From the NCBI GenBank assembly GCA_951406725.2, contig OX597815.1:46686001-46750000 (forward strand): 64,000 nucleotides of DNA, in the 5' to 3' direction. This DNA comes from Octopus vulgaris (lineage: Eukaryota). This document shows, piece by piece, positions 13,651 to 26,250 of the stretch (its first letter is position 1; the number at the start of each line of letters is the position of its first letter). Both the position numbers and the translations under genes were made by a program. The notes under the pieces are model-generated. The model did no database searches, had not been told where the DNA came from, and was given only the letters and a program-made list of their open reading frames with translations.

Positions 13651-13941
13651 TGTTAAGTTAAGTTAATTTTTTGGCTCAAAAAGCAAAAAGCAAGGCCATG
13701 TAGGAGGACATGGAGTTATGTACAGGGGTGTTCATGCAAAGAGTTCAGGCCATTTCTGGTCAAGAGAAACTTTGAACCGAGCGGTCGTCGGCATCTTCAC
13801 TATCTCGTTCGGCAGCTTATTCCACGGATCCGCAACCCGGACGGAGAAAGCCCCTCTCCTTCGATTGAGATGAAATCGTCGCAGATAGAGCTTTTCGGAG
13901 TGACCCCGCAGCCTACGCTCTGGAGCAGGAGTGAAGAACAG
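13651..13941 (-). mobile_element. 5'-truncated CR1-type LINE 3' end (ORF2 C-terminus, 3' UTR, (TTAAC)n tail)
   Basis: Manual translation LFFTPAPERRLRGHSEKLYLRRFHLNRRRGAFSVRVADPWNKLPNEIVKMPTTARFKVSLDQKWPELFA* (stop at 13732) matches the CR1 ORF2 C-terminal pattern RGH..KL…R..F(F)S.RV…WN.LP…FK..LD; terminal TTAACTTAACTTAAC repeat. Confidence 0.85.
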
Positions 13942-14524
13942 GTAATTAATTTATGAGCACCCTGTATTAAAACCACACTAACAAAGTATTTCGGTTGATG
14001 ACGTGGTCCTACACTGATGATCTTGAGGGGCTTGGCAAGGAATGGAATTACAGGAAGCATATATACACACGGGCACTGATTACTCTTGTATTTCTTCCAC
14101 TCACCTGACTGCGGTCATACTGGAGCTAGAAACGACTACAAGAGCAAAGCACGGCTGAGAGAACATACAAAAGCAGTGGCGGTACAACATTGAAAGTAAC
14201 TTACGTACAAGCGGTACCAGAACGTTATCTCTTCATAAATTTAAATAAGGCAACATAAAATGTATATTATACATACATACATAAATACATACATACATAC
14301 ATACATAAACACACACAAAAACGTATGTGACTGTATCTTTGCGTATGTGTGTGTATATATATGTGTATACATATATGTGCATATACGGTTATTTATATAT
14401 AAACATATTTATATGTGTGTATATACATACGCGCATATATATACATATATATATATTTGTGTCTGTGTATACACACATATATAAATACATATACATCCAT
14501 GGATACATACATATACATACATAG

Positions 14525-14555
<31 letters not shown>

Positions 14556-14756
14556 ATACATACATATAGGTACACACATATATATAAACACACATACATG
14601 CACACACATACATACATATACACATTATATATGTTTCCACAGATGTATATATAGTGTGTACACAAACACACCATAAATGAACACCGCTTCTAGCATTTAT
14701 TTTCTTTGAAATTCATAGATTTGTTTATATTGAAAGTTTACATGTACAATATACAG

Positions 14757-14794
<38 letters not shown>

Positions 14795-16557
14795 TGTTTG
14801 TAGATATGAATGTGTGTGTGTTCGCTGTGCGTGTCTGTAAAGAGCCGACAGAAAGCTTTTCTTTGGGAATTCAGTGTTGGAACAAAAAAGTTTTAAAGAA
14901 ACAAAAACAAAAACAAAAAAGCAAGAAAAATGTAGGTGTGACGGGTGGAGTGGGGGCGTGCCAGGAAATTCAAAACCCAGATATCACAACAGCGTGAAAG
15001 GAAGAGGGCATGCATAAAAGAATGCGCGAGACCTAACAAACATTCATTCGCTTACAGCCAGCCCTCTGCACATGTACAGACTCTGAGCGTCTAGCGTTAT
15101 ACACAGAAGCAAGCATGTATGATTACATACATAGTCACATACGATCATATACGTAGATACACTGGAACATGCTATATATATATATACACACATACACAAT
15201 TACAGAATCAGTGCATACAGAGTGTATGTAGTGACTATGTTTTTCCAACGGTGGAAAAAAAAATTAATGGAAATATACAAGAAAGACAAATTAATATGTA
15301 ATATACAGAGAATATCCGTAATATATAATTTATACAATATATACACTATAAACATACAGTAAATACATACGCATATCTGTCTGTCTCTATACATACACAC
15401 ACACATGTGCATAATACATAGGTATTAGATTATTAAACACAACATCCACATTCAAGACAGGGATCCATCATGCCCTTGGTCACAGTGTCCGGAAAAAAAA
15501 TCATAGAATATACGCACAATTTTATATACAATGTTCATCTATATTACATGACATAATATATGCATATTGCATATAATACACACATATAGAAAACTGTATA
15601 TTACATATGTTACGTAATATATTTACGAAGTAATATACACACACTTATCTATTACATAGGTTACAGAATATATAGCCGGCAGAAGGCGGTGAGCTGGCAG
15701 AAACGTTAGCACGCCGGGCGAAATGCTTAGCCGTATTTCGTCTGCCGTTACGTTCTGAGTTCAAATTCCGCCGAGTTCGACTTTGCCTTTCCTCCTATCG
15801 GGGTCGATAAATTAAGTACCAGTTACGCACTGGGGTCGATATAATCGACTTAATATGTTTGTCTGTCTTTGTTTGTCCTGTCTGTGTTTAGTCCCTTGTG
15901 GGTAGTAAAGAAATAGGTATTTCGTCTGTATGTTCTAGGTTCAAATTCTTCTGAGGTCGACTCTACCTTTCATCCTTTCGGGGTCGATAAATTAAGTACC
16001 AGTTGCGTACTACGGTCAATCTAAACGACTGGTCACCTCACCCAAAATTTCAGGCCTACAGTAGAAAAGACTATATAATCGTCAGTTTTCCATCCTGTCA
16101 CCCTCTAACAAAAACAAAATACAAACCGCATCTAAAAGTGACTATCTCCCCCTGGCCTACTCGTTCAGCCATCTACTCTGAAGATATCAAATATAAAGGG
16201 CAAGACTGGAAGGAAGGAGGAGGACATGGAAAATAGTTCGACACCACAGTTTTGTTCATTAAGGGGGCTAACATCCAGTAACTCAACCTGCACAAGTTTG
16301 CAGCGAAAATCCTTACGAACCACACGGTATCGAACTAGATAACTAGATAACGACACAGTTATTGATGTACAAATGTTGAAATAGTCAAGGCAAGAACTCT
16401 TTTCATGATTGTTTTATTTGAATATGAATAGGGAATTAACCGCGGGGAGTGAAGGATATAAACACAATAGAACAGTACAGACAGCTCACAACAGCATTTC
16501 TCCGCAGATTTCCTGAAGAGAGAACCTCAGTCCCGAAATATTGAATTATATATTATA

Positions 16558-16948
16558 CTATAAGCTAAGCCCTGTTTCACTCGGTCGGTTTGGATGGTGT
16601 TGCTGTAAAACCTGCTGTGTTTGGGCACGCTTATGTTAAAAAACAATTTTAGAATAACTTTTTTCTGTCAAAATGCTATAACTGACCAAGAAAAAAGAAA
16701 AACAACCAGGATTCAACCAAATCAAAAAATAAACCCAAATAGTAAGCGAACAAAGATGAACCATCCCACTTGCATTGCGCACGCACACGCAAACACACGC
16801 AGACACATTCACATACACCCCCCCACCTTACATACACATATTCACAGAGTTGAAACGCTGTTTGAATTATTTTTTCAGTGTACACTACCAAGTAGGACAT
16901 CATCCCTTCCTTTCTCATTCATAAACACAAAAGTATTATTATAGTAGA
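16558..16948 (-). mobile_element. Possible non-autonomous Helitron
   Basis: Minus strand starts A|TCTACTATAATAATAC and ends CCGAGTGAAACAGGGCTTAGCTT-ATAG|T (degenerate hairpin plus CTAG-like end). Confidence 0.35.
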
Positions 16949-17084
16949 TTATCTCGGTAACCATGGGAGCTATGAAAAAATACAAAGCCCAGCATCTGCA
17001 CAATATTTTTTAAACACCCAAGGGAAATAACCCATAGCACCTGCACTTACAGTTGTTAGCTTTTAGCGAAGCGATCAATATTTG

Positions 17085-17390
17085 ATTCTCATGATCAGTG
17101 GACCTAATTCTGCATTTCACTACTCACAGTTTTCAACTGCTAAATCTTATTATTGCACTTTCTTGATGCATGTACACTTTCAATGCCCATAACTCCTATA
17201 ATTCTGCATTTTTCCAGTTAAACGTTCCTGATGACAGTACATAAAATTTGATTCCAGATTCAGCGGACCTAATTCTGCATTTCACTACTCACAGTTTTCA
17301 ACTGCTAAACCTTATTATTGCAATTTCTTGACGCATGTACATTTTCAATGCCCATAACTCCGAAAATTCTGCATCTTTCCAGTTGAAATT
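17085..17390. repeat. Tandem duplication, period about 165 bp, possibly inside a Helitron-like element ending at 17712
   Basis: GGACCTAATTCTGCATTTCACTACTCACAGTTTTCAACTGCTAAA at 17100 and 17265; downstream GCCC-GATA-GGGCTAG|T hairpin with CTAG end at 17697-17713. Confidence 0.8.
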
Positions 17391-18328
17391 CTTTTGAATG
17401 CTTAAAAATTCTTAAAAAATGAAACCAAACTTCCACACCACATTCAGTTGGGACACCCTGTATCACTTATACTTATTTTACAAATCATAATATTTATTGC
17501 TTATTTACAGTTAATACAACGTATTCATGAAACTAATTGAGCCATCGAATTTAGAAATATTTTACAGGTTTCATTGTTTATCTTTCATTGCTTATTGTTC
17601 AAGTTAATTAAAATTTAATACGTATTCAATTCATGAAGTGTCATTGTTAGGCCCAAGACCTAATGAAGGGCCCTCCACAGGAGCTAGCTCAAAAGCTGCC
17701 CGATAGGGCTAGTACACACACACGCACATATATATATATATACACATGCATACGTACACACACATGTACACAGGCATCTATATATACACACACACAGACA
17801 CACATATACCTACTTACATAAACATATGTATATATAAATTAAAATGTAACAAAATTAAAATTACATTTACTAAACTTCACACCCTCTCTCACCTTAATAT
17901 TCTCACCTTTTCATACTTTATAGTTGCTGACAATACACACATACAAATTACATTATAAACACTGGACTGTGCGTATAAGACACACGTATGCGTATATGTA
18001 CATATGTTTATGTGTGTATATGTGTAGTAAGTATCTAAAACAAATATGCGTGAGTGTTTAACACTCCACATGTTTCCCTATGACTCAGGCAGGCAAAAAA
18101 AAATTCTCCCCTAATGACACTACGCTCCACCACCGCCACCACCTCAATGGGGGTAAATCCCCTTTAACAATTCGTCACACCTCAGTTCACTGTACACCTG
18201 ATAAAATGATAGAAATCACCAGCAACAAGTGACCGTCAGAAATTATAGCAGTCAGGTGTGGAAAGCCGAATAGAAGAGAAGAAGCAGAGGCAATAACAAA
18301 GCGCGAGGGAAAGGGAGAAGATTATATA

Positions 18329-18371
<43 letters not shown>

Positions 18372-18672
18372 TAGAGAGAGGGTCTAAAAGTACACACAGG
18401 AGGTCAAGCGAAATGCTTCTCTTTTGCTCCCTCTCCCAAAGAGATTAAGAGCGGGCGATCTCAGGGCGTGGATATTAGGAATCACCATGCTAGTCTTAAT
18501 GCTTTGGTTTCTTTTTACTTTCTGGGTTGCTGGGTGTGGACACTCACACACACACTGTAAACACGCTATACATAGATCTGTTACAGATGGGTTTCTTATT
18601 GATGAATAAATTCGAGTACATCATGAAAAAAAAAGAAGCATTTTCTTCAGGTGCGTCCCCTCCAAAACCACA

Positions 18673-18721
<49 letters not shown>

Positions 18722-18735
18722 ATCTCCCATTTAAG

Positions 18736-18801
<66 letters not shown>

Positions 18802-19012
18802 GGGCGAGCCGAGCTGGCCGGCGCGGGCGAGCGAGAGCGAGCGAGACGGAGAGCGAGCGAGAACGGCGCGGGCGGCAGACGGAGGCAGGCAGACGGGCCG
18901 GCCAGCAGGCAGGCAGGCAGACGGGCGTGGCCAGGAAGGAAGGGCAAACAAACCCACAAATAATGATATACACATACGTACACACACAAGCAGTATATTG
19001 ATAGAAATGGTA

Positions 19013-19124
19013 ACACAACAAAAGAATGAAAGATACCTCGGTATTATGTAAACAGGAATTTATCTGTAAATATATGTGACAATTATTCGGTAGCCATGAT
19101 AAAACTCAGAGTTTTATCATGGCT
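19013..19124 (-). mobile_element. Second H3 copy, truncated and terminating in a fold-back palindrome
   Basis: Matches the reverse complement of about 21645-21750 (ACAACAAAAGAATGAAAGA…GGAATTTATCTGTAAAT…GTGACAATTATTCGGTAGCCATG.TAAAACTC). Confidence 0.65.
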
Positions 19125-19600
19125 CGGGGTCGATAATTTAAGTACCAGTTACGCACTGGGGTCGATATAATCGACTTAATCCGTTTGTCTGTCCTTATTT
19201 GTCCCCTCTGTGTTTAGCCCCTTGTGGGTAGTAAAGAAATAGGTATTTCGTCTGTATGTTCTAGGTTCAAATTCTGCTGAGGTCGACTTTGCCTTTCATC
19301 CTTTTGGGGTCGATTAAATAAGTACCAGTTACGCACTGGGGTCGATATAATCTACTTAGTCCGTTTGTCTGTCCTTGTTTGTCCTCTCTGTGTTTAGCCC
19401 CTTGTGAGTAGTAAAGAAATAGGTATTTCGTCTGCTGTTACGTTCTGAGTTCAAATTCCGCCGAGGTCGACTTTGCCTTTCATCCTTTCGGGGCCGATAA
19501 TTTAAGTACCAGTTACGCACTGGCGTCGATGTAATCGACTTAATCCGTTTGTTTGTCCCCTCTACGTTTAGCCCCTTGTGGGCAATAAAGAAATACGAAT
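19125..19600 (+). mobile_element. Head-less tandem trimer of SINE B (about 180-bp units)
   Basis: Unit junction AAAGAAAT|AGGTATTTCGTCTG at 19241 and 19421. Confidence 0.8.
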
Positions 19601-20298
19601 AAGTAACAAGCTTTTTTTTAAAAAAAAGTACCAGAATCGATTTGTTCCGACTAAACTCTTGAAGGCGGTGCCCCAGCATGGCCGAAGTCCAATGGCAGAA
19701 ACAAGCAAACGAAAAAAAATAAAAAATAAAATAAAACTCCTATGAAATCATAAGCTCTTCATGCTGGATCAATACTATTCTGGCAAGAGTTACATCAACA
19801 TGAACAACAACACAACAGTCACCATTCTCCAGTTTAAAATTATTTACTCACCAGCTCTACGATTTCGTACGTAGACATTTAACATAATATAGTAACCCCC
19901 TTTTTTATATGCAGATCAAACTTACTTTTTACGCCTGTCTGTATTCGCTAACTTAGTAGTATAGCCATGTGCATGTGAGGGGAAGGGGGAGAGGGAATGA
20001 GGAAGGGGAGGGAGAGAGAAAGAGAGGGAGATCCAGCATACAATGCGTGCGAACCATGTTTATTTATGTATTAATTATTATGGGAGATTTGATTATTTTT
20101 CATAAAGCCTAGACAACTTTTGTGCACTCGAAAATATGGGAGCAAATGCAAATTGTGCTTACAAGTGTGAATGTGTGTGCATATATAAATTTATATATAT
20201 ATAATTTTATGTATGTACTCACACAAACTCACCCATCTAAACATAATACATGTATATATTACTCATTTGCATACACCTAAATAGGTGTATACAAGAAA

Positions 20299-20350
<52 letters not shown>

Positions 20351-21375
20351 CCCACACGTGTGCTAACGCAGTACATAACTAAGCAATTTATACATACATA
20401 TACATAGAAAATTTACATATGCATTCCACACACATAGAAGATAAACATTCATATGGATGTGTATATATATATATATTACAACATGGGACAAGAAAGCAAA
20501 ACATCCTGGCAACTAGGTGATGCAAAAGGGGACAACAAAACATCCAGATAGATGATACAAAAAAACAAGGACGGGTCATTCGAAGCTTTCTATCCTCAGT
20601 CAAGAACCGGATCATCCTCGCAATTTCGGCTGATTAATCTTGAGATTGCTCCAATCTGGCCAGCCCCAAGGAAAAAACTAAGCTAAGAGTATTAGATTCC
20701 TTGGACAAAACCATCGAATGTGTACGAAACAAGGATGGAAAAACAGACGATGTTACACGAATATAAATACAAAAATACAATAAAAATAAATAATAATAAA
20801 ATATATATATGAGAGAGAGAGAGAGTGTGTGTGTGTGTGTGTGTGTCAAGACTACATAATCATATCACTCGTATGTAGACAGATGTATATGTGTACGCAA
20901 ACGCAAAAATGCTCCCACCCGCGCACACACGTCATTCCATGTCTGTGCGTTTGTGTATGCAGACACACACAAGAGAGAGAGAGGAGGGGGGAGGGAGGAA
21001 GAGAGGGAAAGAGAGAGAGAAAGCGTTGAGCTATGAGTATGTGGGTGTGAGAAGTTAGAATATATTTTTATAAGAACTATGATACATAACGTATTAGATT
21101 TAAAACACGTGTGTGTGTGCATGTGTGTGTGCATGTGTGCGATCGCACGGTCGAGCTTCCAGTGTCTGTACAACTGGCTATAAGTTACGTATATAGAGTA
21201 TAGAAGAGGAAAATTATTCTTTTCACTGAAAGGGTAGGGGGAACACACACACACACACAGCTGATTTTATATAAAGTACGTAACAGATTACGTATACAAT
21301 TACATCTTTACACACCTATGTACAAGTCGATGTCTATCTATGAGGTATGGATATGTGTGTGTGCATGTTATGTAT

Positions 21376-21409
<34 letters not shown>

Positions 21410-21511
21410 GTGCACACACACAAAATATCTGGACACACATGTACATGCAGTCATATATGTTCTTAAACATAAACATTTTTATATAGCATCCATACATTTT
21501 CATATATATAA

Positions 21512-21572
<61 letters not shown>

Positions 21573-21597
21573 GATTTTTCATAGCATTTTTCCGATG

Positions 21598-21667
21598 GCC
21601 AGCTAACTGAAGAGATGGCGGCGTGGATTTCCACCTCGGCATCCGAAACTCGGAGTTTTACCATGGC
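21598..21667 (+). ncRNA. Type-I hammerhead-like motif with long stem II (family H3)
   Basis: GCCAGCUAA-CUGAAGA-[14-bp hairpin GAUGGCGGCGUGGA/UCCACCUCGGCAUC, 12 of 14 paired]-C-GAAAC-UC(G)GAG-UU^UUACCAUGGC. One unpaired C before GAAA suggests loss of a G. Confidence 0.5.
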
Positions 21668-22044
21668 TACCGAATAATTGTCACATATTACATTTACAGA
21701 TAAATTCCTCTATTTACATAATATCGCGGTCTCTTTCATTCTTTTGTTGTCTTACTATTTATATCTATCTATTTATCTATATATATATATATATATATCC
21801 ATCGATTACCATTCTGCGAAAAACTATGTATTTATATATATACACACACACACACACATTCGAACTATACTTAAAATTATATACGCATATACATGGTTCT
21901 GTATATTTGTATGTGTGTATATATATATATATAGCCATACACACACACGTAGTATATATGTCTCTCTCTCATATTTATACACACACACACATACATTCGT
22001 ACTATACTTATATGAATATTGTATACGCATATACACGTTTGTAT

Positions 22045-22430
22045 GTATTCTTTTACTTGTTTCAGTCATTTGACTGTGGCCATGCTAAAGTCGACCACCT
22101 TAAGCTGAACAAATCGACCCCATGACTTATTCTTTGTAAGCCTAGTACTAATTCTATCGGTCTCTTTTGCCGAACCGCTACGTTACGGGGACGGAAGCAC
22201 ACCAACATCAGTTGTCAAGCGATGGTGAGGGGACAAACAGACACACACACATATATGTGTGTGTGTGTGTGTGGACGACGGGACACTTTCAGTAACCCTC
22301 TACCAAATCCACTCAAAAGGCTTTGGTCGGCTCGAGGCAATAGAAGACACTTACCCAAGGGGCCACGCAGTGGGACTGAACCCGGATGCATGTGGTTGGG
22401 AAGCAAGCTTCTTAGCACACAGCCATGATA
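22045..22430 (-). mobile_element. SINE family A copy
   Basis: Reverse complement of family A. Confidence 0.8.
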
Positions 22431-22733
22431 TATACATACAAGCATACACACATACATTTCTATATGAAATCATTATACATATACATATATATATATATTT
22501 TAATTTAATAATTTTTTGTTTATACTTCTTGCACTGAGGAGAACAGCAATATATAATTTAATTTAATCAAATTAACTTAATTATTCTACCATGAATTTGC
22601 ATGTTTTAATATCGCTGTTTGGAACAGTCGTATGAATGAATTAAAATTCTTTCAAATTTTAACATCTCCATTTTTAACAAATTTGTTGAGTTATATGAGA
22701 TATCTTTCAATAAATTTACATCACACACACGTA

Positions 22734-22798
<65 letters not shown>

Positions 22799-22847
22799 TA
22801 GCATGGAAAGCGGACGTTAAATGATGATGATGATATATAAAATGTCG

Positions 22848-23170
22848 GGAGGCGCAATGGTCCAGTGGTTAGGGTCGCGGTTTCAGTGTTTGAGCGAAAA
22901 CACCTAAAGCTCCACGAGGCTCCCGCAGGAAGTGGTAGCGAGCCCTGCTGTACTCCTTCACTACAACTTTCTCTCACTCTTCCTCTTTCTGCTGTACCTG
23001 TATTTCAAAGGGCCAGCCTTGTCACACTGTGTCACGCTGGATCTCCCCGAGAACTACGTTAAGGGCACGTGTCTGTGGAGTGCTCAGCTCCTTGCACATT
23101 AATTTCACGAGAAGGCTGTTCCGGTGATCAGATCAACTGGAACCCTCATTGTCATAACCAATGGAGTGCC
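22848..23170 (+). mobile_element. SINE family C, tail type 1, internally deleted head
   Basis: Shares body and tail (GAACTACGTTAAGGG…TTAATTTCACGAG…GGAACCCTC) with 25655-26037. Confidence 0.8.
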
Positions 23171-23282
23171 ACGTTGTTATATATACATACATGTAATATG
23201 TATATGTATATATAATATATACTATAAATATTATATAATGTATATGTGGATAAATAAAATACACATGTGTACAAGTAATATC

Positions 23283-23333
<51 letters not shown>

Positions 23334-23415
23334 TTACGTATATATACATACACACATACACACACATATATATATATATATACTTACGTATATATACATA
23401 CACACACACACACAC

Positions 23416-23455
<40 letters not shown>

Positions 23456-23475
23456 GACCGTTCTGTCTTCATATA

Positions 23476-23606
23476 CAGGGTGTCCCAAAAAAATGTATAC
23501 AGATAGTGGTTCGGCCAAAGGGAACGATAGAATAAGTACTAGGCTTACAAAGAATAACAAATTTACAATTATTTAAAGTGTGTATACATTTTTTGGGGAC
23601 ACCCTG
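23476..23606. mobile_element. Tc1/mariner-type MITE containing a SINE A fragment
   Basis: TA|CAGGGTGTCCCAAAAAAATGTATACA…TGTATACATTTTTTGGGGACACCCTG|TA; solitary related ends at about 13468 and 17450-17462. Confidence 0.8.
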
Positions 23607-24240
23607 TATATATATATATATGCGGCAAAGTAATTTATTTTACTAAGCCCTTTTATATAATGTAATAATTTGAATTCGCCTTAAATGGTCCCTTTGCATA
23701 CTGAACACTTGGTGAAATTGATTAATAATTAATTAATTTTACCCTCAATTGTTGAAATTATATATATATATATATATGTGTGTGCGTGTCCCATCACAGC
23801 TTGACAACCAGTGTTGGTGTTTACGTCCCTGTAAACTAGCGGTTCGTCAAATCCCAAGTCCTGGGATGGATTTTTTCGAGTAAAAACCTTTGAGGGCTGT
23901 GCGCCGGTATGGCTGCAGTCAAATGACAGAAATATGTAACGTATTGCAGCTGCTTATGAAAATATTTAACGTATTGTCGCCTTCTGAAGCACCCGAAGGC
24001 GACGAAGGAATGAAATGACCGTAGAGCGAACTAGTGAATAGAATATTAAACTGTACACTCTGCATTTTACATTGAGTACTACATTCGAAAGTAATCAACT
24101 CACTGCGACTGAACCAATTTCACCAAATTAAATAATTACTCTATGCGAGTTTGTATGTGTGTGTGTGTATGTATGTAAAGAATAAGGAATATATTCATTG
24201 GATTTATGATCCCTTAATGAGATTTATTACATTTAATTGA

Positions 24241-24306
<66 letters not shown>

Positions 24307-25654
24307 CTGTGTGTGTGTATATTGGACTAATGGGTATATGTCAATTCCATATGTGTGTGTGGTAAGAAGGTTGCTTCTTAACCACATGGTTCCGGGTTCA
24401 GTTCCACCGGGTGGCACCTTGGGCAAGTGACTTCTATAGCCTTATGAGTGGATTTGGTAGTCGGAAACTGAAAGAAGCTCATCGCGTGTGTGTATACACA
24501 CGCGCACGCACACACACACACACACACACACTTTAATAAAACTGCAAGGACATCACAAAAACTCTGAGTAATAGCTTTTGTGATGTCCTTGCACCTTCAT
24601 TAATAAAGTATATTGCTCTACCTATGGTATATCGAGTACTATTTTTACCACATTGTTTCACATTTATGTGCTTACTCTGATATATACATATAAATATATA
24701 TGTATTTGTTTGTCTGTGTTTGTCCCGACACCATCGCTTGACAACCGATGTTGGTGTGCTACCGTCCCCGTATTTTAGCGGTTCAGCAAAATAGACCGCT
24801 AGAATAAGTACTACGCTTACAAAGAATAAGTCCTGGGGGTCTTGTTTGACTAAAGGCCATACTCCAGCATGGCCGCACTCAAATGACTGAAACAAATACG
24901 AATAATATACATATTACAAACACAAACGTACGCAAGTCGTGAATATGAGTGTGTTTTGTACTAGGAACCCCACCCAGGTTAGTATTTCTTCACAACTTTA
25001 TTTTATCGACCCACCCATCGTTCCTGTGCAGGCAACATAAGTTAGTCCTTCCCTCGGACGATTCTTGCAAACTACTGGCCTAAAACCGAGAAATCAACAA
25101 ACTTCTCTATTCTGTTACATAATCGTTAATAACAGTTAAATAAAAATCAATTTCATTTTCCTTCCATACCTATCTTGTAACTCTTCCATTGTATACACGT
25201 TTGTTTGATTTTAATTTTTTTATTATTATTATTATTATTACTGTACTCTACAATTACTAATTTACCTGAACATAATATTTACACTATCTCCGTGGGCGAA
25301 TATATTCGTGTATACATGTGGTCAGTTTTAACGCATTCATAGATATATTGTACTCCACATTGTTCTAACCACCGACATTTGAAAGAACTAATATTTTCAC
25401 ACATACATACACAAACGTACGTGTGTATCGCAAATCTTTTTTCTCCATAATATAAGTATTTTGATATTTTGTACTGCAGACTATATTTTAACTATCTGAA
25501 AGAAACGGTGTTGCTACGTATCTACCTATATATTATGAACATATTTCTTTTACACATGTGGTTAATATTTGAATATATTCATGCACAACTGACTTACAGC
25601 CCCCAAAATATTCAAAATAGACACGTGAACACGCACACATTATAATTATTATAT

Positions 25655-26037
25655 GGAAGCACTCCGTCGGTTATGACGACGAGGGTTCCGATTGATCCGA
25701 ATCAACGGAACAGCCTGCTCGTGAAATTAACGTGTAAGTGGCTGAGCACTCTACAGACACGTGTACCCTTAACGTAGTTCTTGGGGATATTCAGCGTGAC
25801 ACAGAGAGTGACAAGGCCGGCCCTTTGAAATACAGGTACAACAGAAACAGGAAGTAAGAGTGAGAGAAAGTTGTGGTGAAAGAGTACAGCAGGGATCACC
25901 ACCATCCCCTGCCGGAGCATCGTGGAGCTTTAGGTGTTTTCGCTCAATAAACACTCACAACGCCCGGTCGGGAATCGAAACCGCGATCCTATGACCGCGA
26001 GTCCGCTGCCCTAACCACTGGGCCATTGCGCCTCCAC
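25655..26037 (-). mobile_element. SINE family C, tail type 1 (tRNA-derived head GGAGGCGCAATGGCCCAGTGGTTAGGGCAGCGGACTCGCGG…GGTTTCGATTCCC; possibly Octopus OR-type)
   Basis: A-box TGGCCCAGTGG and B-box-like GGTTTCGATTCC; inverted sister copy at 22848-23170; head fragment at 7600-7742(-). Confidence 0.8.
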
Positions 26038-26048
26038 ATAATTATATA

Positions 26049-26250
26049 CGAAAGGGTGTTCAAAAGTTTCTGGTTTTGAGTAAAAGAAAATGGAGGATCA
26101 GTTAATTACGATTTCATTCAACTCTCAGATTCACACGCTTATTGCAACTGCCCTTCAGTTTTTCTAAGCCCTGTAAAAAACTTGGAAGTTTGGGCCTCCA
26201 GCCAGGCTTTCCCAAGACCTTTAAAGTCAGGAATTTTTCAACACCCCTTG
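26049..26250. mobile_element. Mariner-type MITE
   Basis: TA|CGAAAGGGTGTTCAAAAGTTTCTGGTTTT…AAAGTCAGGAATTTTTCAACACCCCTTG; imperfect TIR of about 28 bp. Confidence 0.6.

Noticed and set aside
18527-19051. 174-aa ORF with poly-Lys and Arg/Gly-rich tract
   Set aside because: Runs through (TA)n, poly(A) and the anomalous GC patch; no splice or codon evidence.
20560-20680. Minus-strand CTGAGGA…GAAT and GGCTG…CAGCC-GAAA motifs in an unclassified repeat
   Set aside because: Neither gives a complete core with matching stems; not supportable without a family consensus.
25960-26037. tRNA gene (A/B boxes, cloverleaf-like)
   Set aside because: This is the head of SINE C; it continues into the SINE body, lacks a proper acceptor stem and terminator, and recurs in diverged copies.
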